64,000 nt of DNA from Pseudomonadota bacterium (lineage in GTDB: Bacteria; Pseudomonadota; Alphaproteobacteria; Rhizobiales; MH13). Below are positions 1 through 10,023 of this stretch, piece by piece (position 1 is the first letter of the stretch; each line of letters opens with the position of its first letter). The position numbers and the translations under genes were made by a program. The notes beneath the pieces are model-generated. The model was not told where the DNA came from. It ran no database searches and worked only from the letters and a program-made list of their open reading frames with translations. The stretch spans positions 23,200-87,199 of the forward strand of contig JBCDHR010000009.1 of NCBI GenBank assembly GCA_038749715.1, written 5' to 3'.

Positions 1-1516
1 GGGTGTTGGCTCCGGCAACGCCGGAGACCTGTGCGAGAATGGCGTTGAGATCGACATCGTCATTGCGATGTTCGCCAACAATGGTTTCATCGCTCATCAC
101 GACGATGCGGTCAGCGATTTCCAGCGCCTCATCAAGCTCGGCGACGAAGACGATCGTCGCGCGTTCATCGGCGGTGGCGCGGATGGTCCTGCCAATGTCG
201 CGGCGCGCGCGGATGTCGACGCCCTGGAAGGGTTCATCGAGCACAAGAAGCTGGCTTGCTTCAGCCATCCAACGACCGACCATCACCTTCTGCTGGTTCC
301 CACCGGAAAGCGTGCCGATCTCATCAGCTGACGATTGGCACACAATGCCGAGTTGATCGATCATGCGGTTGGTTGTCCGTCGTTCGCTTCCACCGTTGAG
401 GAAGGACAGGGACGCATGGCGTGTCAGGAACGGCAAGGTAAGGTTTTGCGCAATGTCAAAATCCGGCACAACGCCATTCGACGCCCTATCTTTGGAGCAC
501 AGAAAGACGCCGGAACGGATGGCATCTTCCGGCGATGATGGCCGATAGACCTGCCCGTCAAGCATCACCGTGCCAGCATGAGGCTTTGTGATGCCGAAGA
601 GGACGGAGGCAAGCTTGGTCTTGCCACTGCCCAAAAGGCCGGTAATCGCAACCACCTCGTTGCGGTGGACGCTAAGCGCCATAGGTGAAGCTTGGGCGGA
701 AAGCTGAACATCATCGAGTAGGAGGACGGGGTCGCCGCGGTCGGGGATGTCGATATCGACCTGGGTCATGGCGTGACCGAGCATCGCCGTCACCGCGCCC
801 TCATAATCGAGGGGCGCATCTTCAAAGGTGCCGGAAATCTGTCCGTCACGCATGGCGATGATCCGGTCGGCGATGCGCCGGATGTCTGACATGCGATGGG
901 AGATATAAAGGATCGCCACGCCCGTTTCCCGCAAGCGGTCCAGAAGCGTGAACAGCCGCTCTGCCTCGGTCGCCGACAGGGAAGAGGTCGGCTCATCAAG
1001 GATCAGGACTTTCGGCTGCTTGGCCATGGCGCGGGCGATGGCGATCAGTTGGCGTTCAGCGACACCCAGGTCGGCGACCTGGGTGCGCACATCGATATCG
1101 AGACCCATGGCGCCAGCGACGCGCTTGGCGTCCTCTCGCAGGCGGCCCTCATTGACGAAGAAGCCCGCACCCGGCGCGTTCAGATCGTCGAGCATCAGGT
1201 TGGAAGCGACATCAAGATCAGGGATCACACCGTCATTGATGGATTGGTGGACGGTTACCACCCCGGCTTTGATCGCGTGGGCTGGCGAGGTTGGTTGAAA
1301 CGGATCGCCGGTAAGCTCAATATTGCCGCCATCGGCCCTATGAACGCCGCACAGTATCTTCACCAGCGTCGACTTACCGGCGCCATTCGCACCCATCAGA
1401 ACCGTGATTTGACCGCCAGGAATAGAAAGATCGATCCCGCGCAACACGCGGTTTGGCCCAAAGGCCTTTTCGACGCCGACGATCCGGCAGATGGTGTCAT
1501 ACCCTGGCTTTGCCAT
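1..1516 (-). CDS. Sugar ABC transporter ATP-binding protein (RbsA/MglA type, two ATPase domains), 3' end runs off the window
   Basis: Absent from the ORF track because there is no stop in the window. Manual translation from ATG 1516 gives MAKPGYDTICRIVGVEKAFGPNRVLRGIDLSIPGGQITVLMGANGAGKSTLVKILCGVH (Walker A). Later LILDEPTSSLS and a second domain with LSGGNQQKV. Confidence 0.9.
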   Translation of the reverse strand, partial: MAKPGYDTICRIVGVEKAFGPNRVLRGIDLSIPGGQITVLMGANGAGKSTLVKILCGVHRADGGNIELTGDPFQPTSPAHAIKAGVVTVHQSINDGVIPDLDVASNLMLDDLNAPGAGFFVNEGRLREDAKRVAGAMGLDIDVRTQVADLGVAERQLIAIARAMAKQPKVLILDEPTSSLSATEAERLFTLLDRLRETGVAILYISHRMSDIRRIADRIIAMRDGQISGTFEDAPLDYEGAVTAMLGHAMTQVDIDIPDRGDPVLLLDDVQLSAQASPMALSVHRNEVVAITGLLGSGKTKLASVLFGITKPHAGTVMLDGQVYRPSSPEDAIRSGVFLCSKDRASNGVVPDFDIAQNLTLPFLTRHASLSFLNGGSERRTTNRMIDQLGIVCQSSADEIGTLSGGNQQKVMVGRWMAEASQLLVLDEPFQGVDIRARRDIGRTIRATADERATIVFVAELDEALEIADRIVVMSDETIVGEHRNDDVDLNAILAQVSGVAGANT

Positions 1517-1611
1517 TGGTTTGGCGCCTGTTCTTGCCCACGGTTGTGGCCCGTGTTGCTCCCCGGCCCGGCCTTGTCGGCAGATGCCTTGAATGGATCG
1601 TGAGCCGCCTC

Positions 1612-1645
1612 CTGGCAAAAGTCAAGACTACTTGACAAATGCCAG
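1612..1645. promoter_or_regulatory. Imperfect palindrome carrying back-to-back -35 elements of divergent promoters; candidate operator
   Basis: CTGGCA-AAA-GTCAAG-ACTA-CTTGAC-AAA-TGCCAG. TTGACA at 1632 on + and TTGACT on -. Confidence 0.55.
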
Positions 1646-1743
1646 AATTGGACCGCACACTTCCACCAACACCTGTCGACCAAGAGCGCCCACGCAACGA
1701 GGCGCGCGGCAAAAAGGGAGCGGCGCCTGTGTCCACCAGCGCG

Positions 1744-3006
1744 ATGCCAGACGGCACAAACTACATTGCCTTGACCATTGAAACGCTGGCCGAACGGTTG
1801 GGCAGCGTTTCGGCCGTTGCCGAGCGTGTTGGTGCGGACTCCGGCAGTTGGTCGGTGCGGGAGGTGGGTGATGGCAACCTCAATCTCGTCTTCATTGTGG
1901 CAGGGTCAGCCGGCACCGTCGTGGTCAAGCAGGCGCTACCCTATGTCCGGCTGGTCGGTGAGAGCTGGCCTCTGCCACTCACCCGCGCCTTCTTTGAATA
2001 TCATGCGCTAACGCGGCAGGCCGCGCGGGACCCCGGACGGGTGCCGGAGATTTTCCATTATGACGCCGAGCAGGCACTGATCGTGATGGAGTTCCTGACG
2101 CCCCACACCATTCTTCGCGGCAAGCTGATTGCCGGCGACAAGATCGAAGATTTGGGCGGCGTTCTTGGCCGGTTCTGCGCCCGCACCGCATTTCGCAGCT
2201 CCGACCTTCATATGCCGACGGCCGAGCGTAAGGCTGATGCCGCGTTGTTCCTGGCCAACGCTGATCTGTGCGCGATCACAGAAGATCTAGTGTTCACCGA
2301 CCCTTATTTTGAAGCGGAGCTCAACCACCATACAGACGGTCTCGACCCGGTGGTCGCAAAGCTGCGCGGCGACGTTGCCATGAAGGCCGAAGCCCAGCAC
2401 ATGCTCACCAAGTTCGCCTCCAACGCCGAGACGCTGGCCCATGGCGATCTGCATACCGGGTCTGTCATGTGTACGGCGACCGAGACCATGGTCATCGATC
2501 CAGAGTTCGCCGTTTACGCCCCGATGGGTTTCGACATCGGCATGCTGATTGCCAACTTCCTGATGGCCTATTTCAGCCAGCCGGCGCACCGCGATGCGGA
2601 CGAGCTTGGCGGCTACCAGGACTGGATCATGGAGGTCACCGCTGAGGTCTGGTCGAGCTTTGAAGTTGAGTTCCGTCATCTCTGGGCGACCGAGCGCACC
2701 GGCATTCTTTACCCCAAAACCATGTTCGAGGATCAGGGCCATTCCAGCGAAGGCGCGCTCAACGACAAGCTCGCCATGATCCTGGAGGACGCTATCGGCG
2801 TGTGCGGCATCGAAATGCATCGGCGCATCCTGTCGCTGGCACACAATGCTGAATTCGAGACCATTGAGGACACAAGCGTGCGGGCGCCGCTGGAGGCCCG
2901 CTGCCTGATGATGGGTCGGGCGCTGATACTGGATCGGGCGACCATCACGTCGCTCGACACCGTGCTCGCCATGGCATGCAGCATGAATGAGGAGCAGGTG
3001 CTATGA
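1744..3006 (+). CDS. mtnK: S-methyl-5-thioribose / 5-deoxyribose kinase
   Basis: [27 protein letters not shown] and DPEFA motifs. Start taken at ATG 1744 (MPDGTNY). Confidence 0.93.
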   Translation: MPDGTNYIALTIETLAERLGSVSAVAERVGADSGSWSVREVGDGNLNLVFIVAGSAGTVVVKQALPYVRLVGESWPLPLTRAFFEYHALTRQAARDPGRVPEIFHYDAEQALIVMEFLTPHTILRGKLIAGDKIEDLGGVLGRFCARTAFRSSDLHMPTAERKADAALFLANADLCAITEDLVFTDPYFEAELNHHTDGLDPVVAKLRGDVAMKAEAQHMLTKFASNAETLAHGDLHTGSVMCTATETMVIDPEFAVYAPMGFDIGMLIANFLMAYFSQPAHRDADELGGYQDWIMEVTAEVWSSFEVEFRHLWATERTGILYPKTMFEDQGHSSEGALNDKLAMILEDAIGVCGIEMHRRILSLAHNAEFETIEDTSVRAPLEARCLMMGRALILDRATITSLDTVLAMACSMNEEQVL

Positions 3007-4100
3007 AGGTCAACGGAACCCACTACCGCTCGATCTGGTACGACAGCTCCGACGACACCGTTAGGATCATCGATCAGCGTTGGCTGCCGCACGCCTTCAA
3101 GATCGAAACGCTGAAAAGCCTGGAAAGTTTCGCGACCGCGATTGCCGATATGTGGGTGCGCGGCGCGCCGCTGATTGGCGCAACAGCTGCCTACGGCTTG
3201 GCCGAAGAAATGCGCCGCGACCCCTCTGATAGCGCTCTCAACCGTGCCTGGGAGGTGCTGCACGACACGCGTCCGACGGCGATCAACCTGCGCTGGGCGC
3301 TGGACCGCTGTCGCAACCATCTGCAACCCCTTCCAACGTCGCAAAGGGCCGATGCCGCGATGCAGCTCGCGCACGAGATCGCCGATGAGGATGTTGAGAT
3401 CAACCGCATGATCGGTTTGCACGGGTTGGAGATCGTCAAACAGATCGCCGCCTCCAAACCTGATGGCGAACCGGTGCGCCTTCTGACCCATTGCAATGCC
3501 GGTTGGCTTGCCACTGTTGATTGGGGCACGGCCACGAGCCCGATGTATCACGCCGCTGATGCCGGCATTTCGATCCATGTCTGGGTGGACGAAACCCGTC
3601 CACGCAACCAGGGCGCCTTGACCGCTTGGGAGGTTGGCAGCCACGGCATCAGCCATGCCTACATTACTGACAATGCCGGTGGGCATCTGATGCAGCATGG
3701 CATGGTGGATATGGTGATCACCGGCACCGACCGGACCACCGCGCGCGGTGATGTATGCAACAAGATCGGCACCTATCTGAAGGCGCTCGCGGCGCGCGAC
3801 AATGGCGTGCCCTTCTATGTTGCGCTTCCCTCACCGACCATCGACTGGACCGTGCAGGATGGGGTGAAGGATATCCCCATTGAAGAGCGTGCTGGGCGCG
3901 AGGTCTCACATGTGCAAGGCATCCTTGCCGACGGGTCGATTGGCGAGGCGCAAGTTTCTCCGCAAGGATCGCCTGTCGGGAACCCTGCCTTCGACGTCAC
4001 ACCCGCCAGGCTCGTGACCGGGCTTATCACCGAACGAGGCGTCTGCGAGGCATCGCCGGAAGGCTTGGCCTCCCTCTTCCCCGAGCGAGCGGCTGCCTAA
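3003..4100 (+). CDS. mtnA: S-methyl-5-thioribose-1-phosphate isomerase
   Basis: [35 protein letters not shown] and NPAFDVTP motifs; ATGA overlap with mtnK. Confidence 0.95.
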   Translation: MKVNGTHYRSIWYDSSDDTVRIIDQRWLPHAFKIETLKSLESFATAIADMWVRGAPLIGATAAYGLAEEMRRDPSDSALNRAWEVLHDTRPTAINLRWALDRCRNHLQPLPTSQRADAAMQLAHEIADEDVEINRMIGLHGLEIVKQIAASKPDGEPVRLLTHCNAGWLATVDWGTATSPMYHAADAGISIHVWVDETRPRNQGALTAWEVGSHGISHAYITDNAGGHLMQHGMVDMVITGTDRTTARGDVCNKIGTYLKALAARDNGVPFYVALPSPTIDWTVQDGVKDIPIEERAGREVSHVQGILADGSIGEAQVSPQGSPVGNPAFDVTPARLVTGLITERGVCEASPEGLASLFPERAAA

Positions 4101-4103
4101 GCG

Positions 4104-6143
4104 ATGATGATCACAAACCGTTGGAGTGATGCGGATGCCGACGCCGCGATCACTGCGCTCGGCCCGGATGCGAGTGAGGCCGACCAGCTTCTCGCCCATA
4201 GGGTCTACACAAGCCGCCTGATCGGCAACGACCCCGATCTTGTGATGCATGGCGGTGGCAACACGTCGGTGAAAGCCACGCGGCCGGATCTGTTCGGCAC
4301 GCCGCAAAAGGTCCTGCACGTCAAAGGGTCCGGCTGGGACCTTGATACGATTGAAGCGCCGGGGCTTCCGGGCGTCCGCCTCGATCCGCTTCTGTCGCTG
4401 CGCGCGCTCGACCGCCTGTCGGATGAGGACATGGTCAATGTCCAGCGTCAGAATCTTCTGGACTCTAAAGCTCCCAATCCGTCGGTTGAAACACTGTTGC
4501 ATGCTTATCTGCCGCACACCTTTGTCGACCACACGCACGCCACTGCCTTTCTTGTGCTGGCCAATCTGCCCAACGCTGAGGAGGTCGCCCATCAGATTTT
4601 TGGAGATCGGCTCGGCATTGTGCCCTACATCATGCCGGGCTTCGCGCTCGCCAAGGCGGCGGTTGATATCTATGACGCCAACCCAAATGTCGAGGGCCTC
4701 TTACTCCTAAAGCATGGCCATTTCGCCTTCGGTGCGACGGCGCGGGAAAGCTATGACCTCATCGTTTCGCACACCAATGAGGCGGCGGCACATTTGGGCC
4801 TGACCTCCCCAACGCCCTTAGGGTATCGCGCGCCCTCCGGGGAGCCAAACGTTCTTGCCGATCTGCGCGGCGCGCTTGGGCTTGAAGATCGAGACGGGGC
4901 GATGCCTGTCTTCGATCTGCGCAATGGACCAGAGGTGATGGCCTTTTTTGAGCGTGATGATTGGGAATCCCTTGCCGCCCGTGGTGTGGCATCGCCAGAT
5001 CACGTGATCCGCACCAAGGGGCAGCCGCTCGTTCTCACCGCCGAAGATGTTGCCGGTGGACGGGAAACGCTGACAAAAAAAATCACCGCCTACCGGCAAG
5101 ACTATGAAGCATTCTTCAAACGGCAGAACGCCCGCGTGGGTGGCGACCGGACTATGCTCAACCCATCGCCTGGCCTTGCCTGGGTGGAAAGCATCGGGCT
5201 GATCGGTATCGGGGCGACAGCCAAGGCAGCTGCCATCAACGCCGATCTTGGCGAGCAGAATTTGCGCGTGCGGTCGGTCGGTGAGGATGCCGGTGGGTTC
5301 CATCCCATAGGCGAAGACGATCTTTTCGACATGGAATACTGGTCGTTGGAGCAGGCAAAGCTCGGCAAATCTAAGCCGCCCTCTATGGCGGGCGAGGTGG
5401 TAATGGTGACAGGCGGCGGCGGAGCGATTGGCCTCGCCATCGCGAAAGCCTTTGCTGCCAAGGGCGCGGAGCTTTTCCTCGTGGATCGCGACGACGCCTT
5501 GCTCAATTCGGCACTGGGCGAGTTGGGCGGTCGCCATGGCGGCTTGGCGCTCGACGTCACCAATCCTGATGCCGCTGAACAGGCCATGCAGGCTGTGACC
5601 GAACGGTTTGGCGGTCTGGATGTGCTGGTCTCCAACGCAGGCGCAGCGACAACAGGTTCCATGCGTGATCTCGACGAGGAGGCGCTACGCGCTGCCTTCG
5701 AACTCAACTTCTTTTCCCATCAGCGCTTTGCCAAGGCAGCATCTACACTCTTCGCGCGGCAGAACCGGTCGGGCCAAATCCTGTTCAACATCTCCAAACA
5801 AGCAGTCAATCCAGGCAAGAATTTCGGCGCCTATGGCCTGCCCAAAGCGACCACCTTCTTCCTCATGCGCCAGCTCGCCTTGGAACTGGGTGGGGATGGC
5901 ATTCGTGTAAACGGCGTCAATGCCGACCGTATTCGATCCGGCCTGCTCACCGATGATTTCATTGCCGAACGCGCCGCGGCCCGAGGCACAGACGAGGACG
6001 GCTACATGGCCGGCAACCTCTTGCAACGGGAGGTCGAAGCACGGCACGTTGCCGATGCGTTTGTCGCTTTGGCACACATGGAACGGACCACCGGCCACGT
6101 GATCACGGTCGATGGTGGCAACATCGAAGCGGCCCTTCGCTAG
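4104..6143 (+). CDS. Bifunctional class II aldolase / short-chain dehydrogenase (RhaD-SDR type fusion)
   Basis: N-terminal HGGGNTSVK, PSVETLLH, VDHTH, LLKHG (Zn aldolase). C-terminal TGGGGAIG, SNAG, YGLPK (SDR). Confidence 0.9.
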   Translation: MMITNRWSDADADAAITALGPDASEADQLLAHRVYTSRLIGNDPDLVMHGGGNTSVKATRPDLFGTPQKVLHVKGSGWDLDTIEAPGLPGVRLDPLLSLRALDRLSDEDMVNVQRQNLLDSKAPNPSVETLLHAYLPHTFVDHTHATAFLVLANLPNAEEVAHQIFGDRLGIVPYIMPGFALAKAAVDIYDANPNVEGLLLLKHGHFAFGATARESYDLIVSHTNEAAAHLGLTSPTPLGYRAPSGEPNVLADLRGALGLEDRDGAMPVFDLRNGPEVMAFFERDDWESLAARGVASPDHVIRTKGQPLVLTAEDVAGGRETLTKKITAYRQDYEAFFKRQNARVGGDRTMLNPSPGLAWVESIGLIGIGATAKAAAINADLGEQNLRVRSVGEDAGGFHPIGEDDLFDMEYWSLEQAKLGKSKPPSMAGEVVMVTGGGGAIGLAIAKAFAAKGAELFLVDRDDALLNSALGELGGRHGGLALDVTNPDAAEQAMQAVTERFGGLDVLVSNAGAATTGSMRDLDEEALRAAFELNFFSHQRFAKAASTLFARQNRSGQILFNISKQAVNPGKNFGAYGLPKATTFFLMRQLALELGGDGIRVNGVNADRIRSGLLTDDFIAERAAARGTDEDGYMAGNLLQREVEARHVADAFVALAHMERTTGHVITVDGGNIEAALR

Positions 6144-6152
6144 GAACCTGGC

Positions 6153-7130
6153 ATGCCCGACAGCAAATCCGCGCGCAGCACTGGCTATTCGGAATCTCAA
6201 TTGGCCCACGTGGCCATGCTCTACTACCGCGAAGGGCTGACCCAGGGCGATATTGCCCAGCGACTGGGCGTCTCGCGCGCGACGGTGCTTAACTATCTCA
6301 AGCTTGCGCGTGATCTCGGCATTGTCGACATCCGCATTCGCGGAGAGAGCTTCACCTCCTCCAGCCTCTCCAAAGAACTGTCGGAACGCTTCGGCCTCAC
6401 CGATTGCTACATCGCGCATACCGATGCCGACGGCCAGGATGAGGATCAGGTGCTTAGCCGTGTCGCGCATCTGGCCGCCTCGGCACTTCGTGACCTTTTG
6501 GAACCAAACGACAAGTTGGGCGTTGCATGGGGCGAAACCATCCAACAGGTCGCACACAGTTTTCCGGTCGGGCCCGTGCCGTCTCTCACGGTCTACCAGC
6601 TTATCGGTTCGATGATGTACGATCCACTGCATCCGCCAGAGGACTGCGCGATTGAAATCGCAAGGCGGACACTGGCTGCCTGCCGTACGCTCCATGCGCC
6701 GGCCATGGTCTCGTCTGCGGACCTTGCCGAAAGCTTGCGGGCTGAGCCGATCCTTGCCCACCAACTTCGGGAACTTGCAAGCGTCGACAAGGCAGTGTTT
6801 TCGGTGGGCAGCCTAAACCCGCCCAAGACCGTTATCGGGTCAGGCTTGGTGACAGAAGAAGAGCTCGACACCTATTTATCGCGCGGCGCCATCGGCGTCT
6901 TTTGGGGGCATTTCATTAATACCGATGGCGAGGCCGTGCCAGGCCCGCTCGACCGACGCGCAATCGGTATCGAACTGGACGCGTTGCGCCAGATCCCAAT
7001 GCGCATGCTGGTCGCCTCCGGTTTCGGCAAGTACGAAGCCGTTCGGGCAGCGATTAAAGGTGGTCTGGTCACCCACCTTGTGACCGATGAGCCCTGCGCT
7101 CTGTGGCTCAGTCAGAACAGTCCGGACTGA
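6153..7130 (+). CDS. SorC/DeoR/LsrR-family sugar-binding transcriptional regulator
   Basis: LYYREGLTQGDIAQRLGVSRATV helix-turn-helix; GVAWGET sugar-binding domain; LVTDE C-terminus. Confidence 0.9.
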   Translation: MPDSKSARSTGYSESQLAHVAMLYYREGLTQGDIAQRLGVSRATVLNYLKLARDLGIVDIRIRGESFTSSSLSKELSERFGLTDCYIAHTDADGQDEDQVLSRVAHLAASALRDLLEPNDKLGVAWGETIQQVAHSFPVGPVPSLTVYQLIGSMMYDPLHPPEDCAIEIARRTLAACRTLHAPAMVSSADLAESLRAEPILAHQLRELASVDKAVFSVGSLNPPKTVIGSGLVTEEELDTYLSRGAIGVFWGHFINTDGEAVPGPLDRRAIGIELDALRQIPMRMLVASGFGKYEAVRAAIKGGLVTHLVTDEPCALWLSQNSPD

Positions 7131-7133
7131 GGA

Positions 7134-8279
7134 TCAGGCCAATAGGGTGCGCGCATCCTCTGGACCCAGCGGGGCAGGCCGCTCGCATCGCGTGGTGATG
7201 TCGACAAACTCGCCGGTCTCGCCGGATCTGATCACCGACACCATTACATCCACCGCATGCAATGCCAGGTCGAACGAACAACGATGAGGTCGATCATCGC
7301 GAATGGCCTGCGCTATGTCTGCCAGTCCGGCGGTGCGGTAATTGGCGCGCGGATCAGTGTCCAACCTGTCATTAGCCACGCTGAAAGGATGATCCCACAT
7401 GGCAACCGGAGAGACCGCGCCATCGGCATCGGCCTTTTCCAAGACACCGCCGAACATGTTTGGGTCGGGCATAAAGAGCGACCCTCTGCTGCCGTAAAGC
7501 TCCATATGACCGTGGCGATGAGCCCAAACATCCCAACTGGTGGTCACAGTAACTGTTGCGCCGTGTTCGAAGTCCAAGAGCGCGTGGATGTTGGTGGGCG
7601 TTTTGACCGGAATACGCTCACCGGCACGCGGCTCGGATGAAATCAGACGCTCTGTTTGTGGAGCCGTGGCGAGCGCAGCAACCCGCTTCACTGGCCCAAG
7701 AAGTTGGATGAGATTGGTGACGTAATACGGGCCCAGATCGAGCATCGGTCCGCCACCGGGCTGAAAAAAGAAATCTGGATTGGGGTGCCAATGTTCCATG
7801 CCATGGCTCATGAAATGACAAGTGCCGGCAACGACTGTGCCCAGTTCGCCATCATCAAGCAGCGCGCGCGCCATCTGATGCGATCCGCCAAGAAACGTGT
7901 CCGGGGCCGACCCGATACGCGGGCCTTTGGAGATTGCAAGCTCTTGAAGCTCCAGCCCCTCTTCGAGCGATAGAACGGCCGGCTTTTCAGAATAGACGTG
8001 TTTGCCCGCCTCCAGAATGGAGCGTGTCACCGCAGCGTGGGCCGATGGGATCGTAAGATTGACGATGATGTCGATGTCGGCGGCGGCAAGAAGGTCTTCG
8101 ACGCTGACCGCCTTGGTTCCGAACTCTTCAGCACGGGTCAGGGCAGCCGCCATGTTGATGTCGGCGACAGCCTTGATGGCTATGCCGCGGAACAGAGGGG
8201 CCAGCCGCAGATAGGTCGCGGAGATGCTGCCGCAGCCTATGATGCCGACGCCAAGGGTGGTCTGTGAGCTTTTGGTCAT
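7134..8279 (-). CDS. Gfo/Idh/MocA family oxidoreductase
   Basis: GIIGCGSIS Rossmann motif, HVYSEKP, GGGPMLDLGPY. Confidence 0.9.
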   Translation of the reverse strand: MTKSSQTTLGVGIIGCGSISATYLRLAPLFRGIAIKAVADINMAAALTRAEEFGTKAVSVEDLLAAADIDIIVNLTIPSAHAAVTRSILEAGKHVYSEKPAVLSLEEGLELQELAISKGPRIGSAPDTFLGGSHQMARALLDDGELGTVVAGTCHFMSHGMEHWHPNPDFFFQPGGGPMLDLGPYYVTNLIQLLGPVKRVAALATAPQTERLISSEPRAGERIPVKTPTNIHALLDFEHGATVTVTTSWDVWAHRHGHMELYGSRGSLFMPDPNMFGGVLEKADADGAVSPVAMWDHPFSVANDRLDTDPRANYRTAGLADIAQAIRDDRPHRCSFDLALHAVDVMVSVIRSGETGEFVDITTRCERPAPLGPEDARTLLA

Positions 8280-8306
8280 AGCCGTCTTTTGCTGAGGTAG
8301 TGGATT

Positions 8307-9068
8307 TCAGGCGTTGAAGGCGCGAAGGGTTGCGATGGATCGGGTCGCAAAGCGCCGATCGTCGGCCGGGTTGTCATGTTCGACGATGAACGTTGAGACG
8401 CCTTTGTCCTTCAAAGCGGCAAGCAATGCTTTCCAGTTGACCGTGCCGTAACCGACATCCGCCCATCCATCCTCGTTCGCGGCCTGACCCCCTTGAGCAA
8501 TATCCTTGATGTGGGCTGCGCATAGCCGCGCGCCATAGCGGTCAATCCACGTTTGTGGATCCTGCCCCGCTCGAATGGCCCAGGCCACGTCAAACTCAAA
8601 CATCACGTGATCGCCGCCGCCCAGCAACAGATCGAGGATATGTTCGCCTGTCGGCAGCGTCGCAAACTCAAAGTCGTGATTGTGCCAGCCGAAGGTGAGA
8701 CCGGCATCGACCAATGGCCTGCCCGCATTAGCCAATTGTCCACTAAAAGCACGCCAGCCATCAGAGTCCAAAGGACGGTCCTCGGGTGGCAGATAGGGCG
8801 CGATGATGGTTTTGATGCCGAGCTGCCTGGCAAAGGCAATCACGCCAGCCGGGTCGGTTTGAATCTGGTCCAGACCAACATGGCAGGTCGGCATGGAAAG
8901 GTTGGACTTGGCTAAGGCCAGTTCCAGTGTCGCCACCCGATCCTCATCGGCGACCAATGCGCCATAGCCTTCCACGGCGGTGTAACCGGCTTCGCTGAGC
9001 ATAACGAGCGTGCTCTCCAACGGTGGGAAGTTGCGCGAGCTATAGAGTTGGTAGGCAAAGCCCGTCAT
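8307..9068 (-). CDS. Sugar phosphate isomerase/epimerase (xylose isomerase-like TIM barrel)
   Basis: QLYSSR, WHNHDFEF, FDVAW, HIKD and VEHD metal motifs. Confidence 0.88.
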   Translation of the reverse strand: MTGFAYQLYSSRNFPPLESTLVMLSEAGYTAVEGYGALVADEDRVATLELALAKSNLSMPTCHVGLDQIQTDPAGVIAFARQLGIKTIIAPYLPPEDRPLDSDGWRAFSGQLANAGRPLVDAGLTFGWHNHDFEFATLPTGEHILDLLLGGGDHVMFEFDVAWAIRAGQDPQTWIDRYGARLCAAHIKDIAQGGQAANEDGWADVGYGTVNWKALLAALKDKGVSTFIVEHDNPADDRRFATRSIATLRAFNA

Positions 9069-9229
9069 GAAGACTGCTTTCGTATAAAGTCAGGAAGGAG
9101 GCGGCTTGGTGATATCCTAATCGTCGCTCGCCCGGTCACAGATGCAAGAGGAGACCATCGGTTATCTCCACTCGTGTGTGGATGGCTGCCTGCCCGGAAA
9201 TTCCTGGTCGCACATCAGACATTGCAAGG

Positions 9230-9430
9230 CATAATGATTTGCAATTTGTATTATATATCTCATATTACTTATTGAATTCTCAAAATACAAATGAATCAAT
9301 GGAATGCCTTATAAGTAGTATTTTATCTTCAATGGAATGTTGATTATTTCAGAAAATTACATCGAATATGACCAATATTATCGGGTCATTTCGATGAAAC
9401 ACAGATCAACAAAATCTTATATGAAGAGAT
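9230..9430. promoter_or_regulatory. Strongly AT-rich promoter region upstream of the sugar transferase
   Basis: Runs such as ttgtattatatatctcatattacttattgaatt in an otherwise GC-rich window. Confidence 0.55.
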
Positions 9431-10023
9431 CAATCGATGTTCTCCTATCGATGATCCTTGCTCTTTTGGTTCTGCCAGTTGTCTTCGTTGCAGCCGTTAT
9501 CTTGCTTCTCGTTGATGGTCGGCCGATCACCTTTGGCCAGAGGCGGCTAGGGCAGAACGGGCGCCCTTTCGTCTGTTACAAACTTCGCACGATGAGCAAA
9601 GGGGCCGACGAACAGTTGCGTGACCTCCTTGCCAAAGATTCGAACGCCAAGCGGACTTGGGATCACACGGGCAAGCTTCCAGCGGACCCACGCATCCACC
9701 CCCTAGGAGCATGGCTGCGCCGGACCAGTCTTGATGAACTGCCCCAGCTTTGGAATGTGATCAAAGGCGAGATGTCTCTGGTCGGGCCGCGGCCGATTTG
9801 CGGCGAGGAGCGGGAGCGATATGGCGACGCCATACAGCAGTGTTACCTGCCGCTTCGTCCTGGCCTTACCGGCGCCTGGCAGGTCAGCGGGCGCTCCAAT
9901 CTCTCCTACAAACGACGCGTTGCCTGCGATCTTGATTATGCAGCCAACTGGTCCTTGCGCCGTGATCTTGTAATCCTGTTGCAAACGGTGCCGGCCGTTT
10001 TGACGCGCGATGGCGCGTACTAG
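9394..10023 (+). CDS. Priming polyprenyl-phosphate sugar transferase (ExoY/WcaJ C-terminal domain family)
   Basis: KRSIDV, YKLRTM, DPRI, RRTSLDELPQLWNV, MSLVGPRP, RPGLTGAWQVSGR. Start uncertain (9337, 9394 or 9421). Confidence 0.9.
   Translation: MKHRSTKSYMKRSIDVLLSMILALLVLPVVFVAAVILLLVDGRPITFGQRRLGQNGRPFVCYKLRTMSKGADEQLRDLLAKDSNAKRTWDHTGKLPADPRIHPLGAWLRRTSLDELPQLWNVIKGEMSLVGPRPICGEERERYGDAIQQCYLPLRPGLTGAWQVSGRSNLSYKRRVACDLDYAANWSLRRDLVILLQTVPAVLTRDGAY

Noticed and set aside
3-1603. Plus-strand ORFs of 117-235 aa
   Set aside because: They are antisense shadows of the minus-strand ABC ATPase, which the ORF track missed because it has no stop in the window.
10020-10023. Overlapping stop codons (CTAG) of convergent genes here and at polA/ggt (38882-38885)
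   Set aside because: Common feature of compact genomes.
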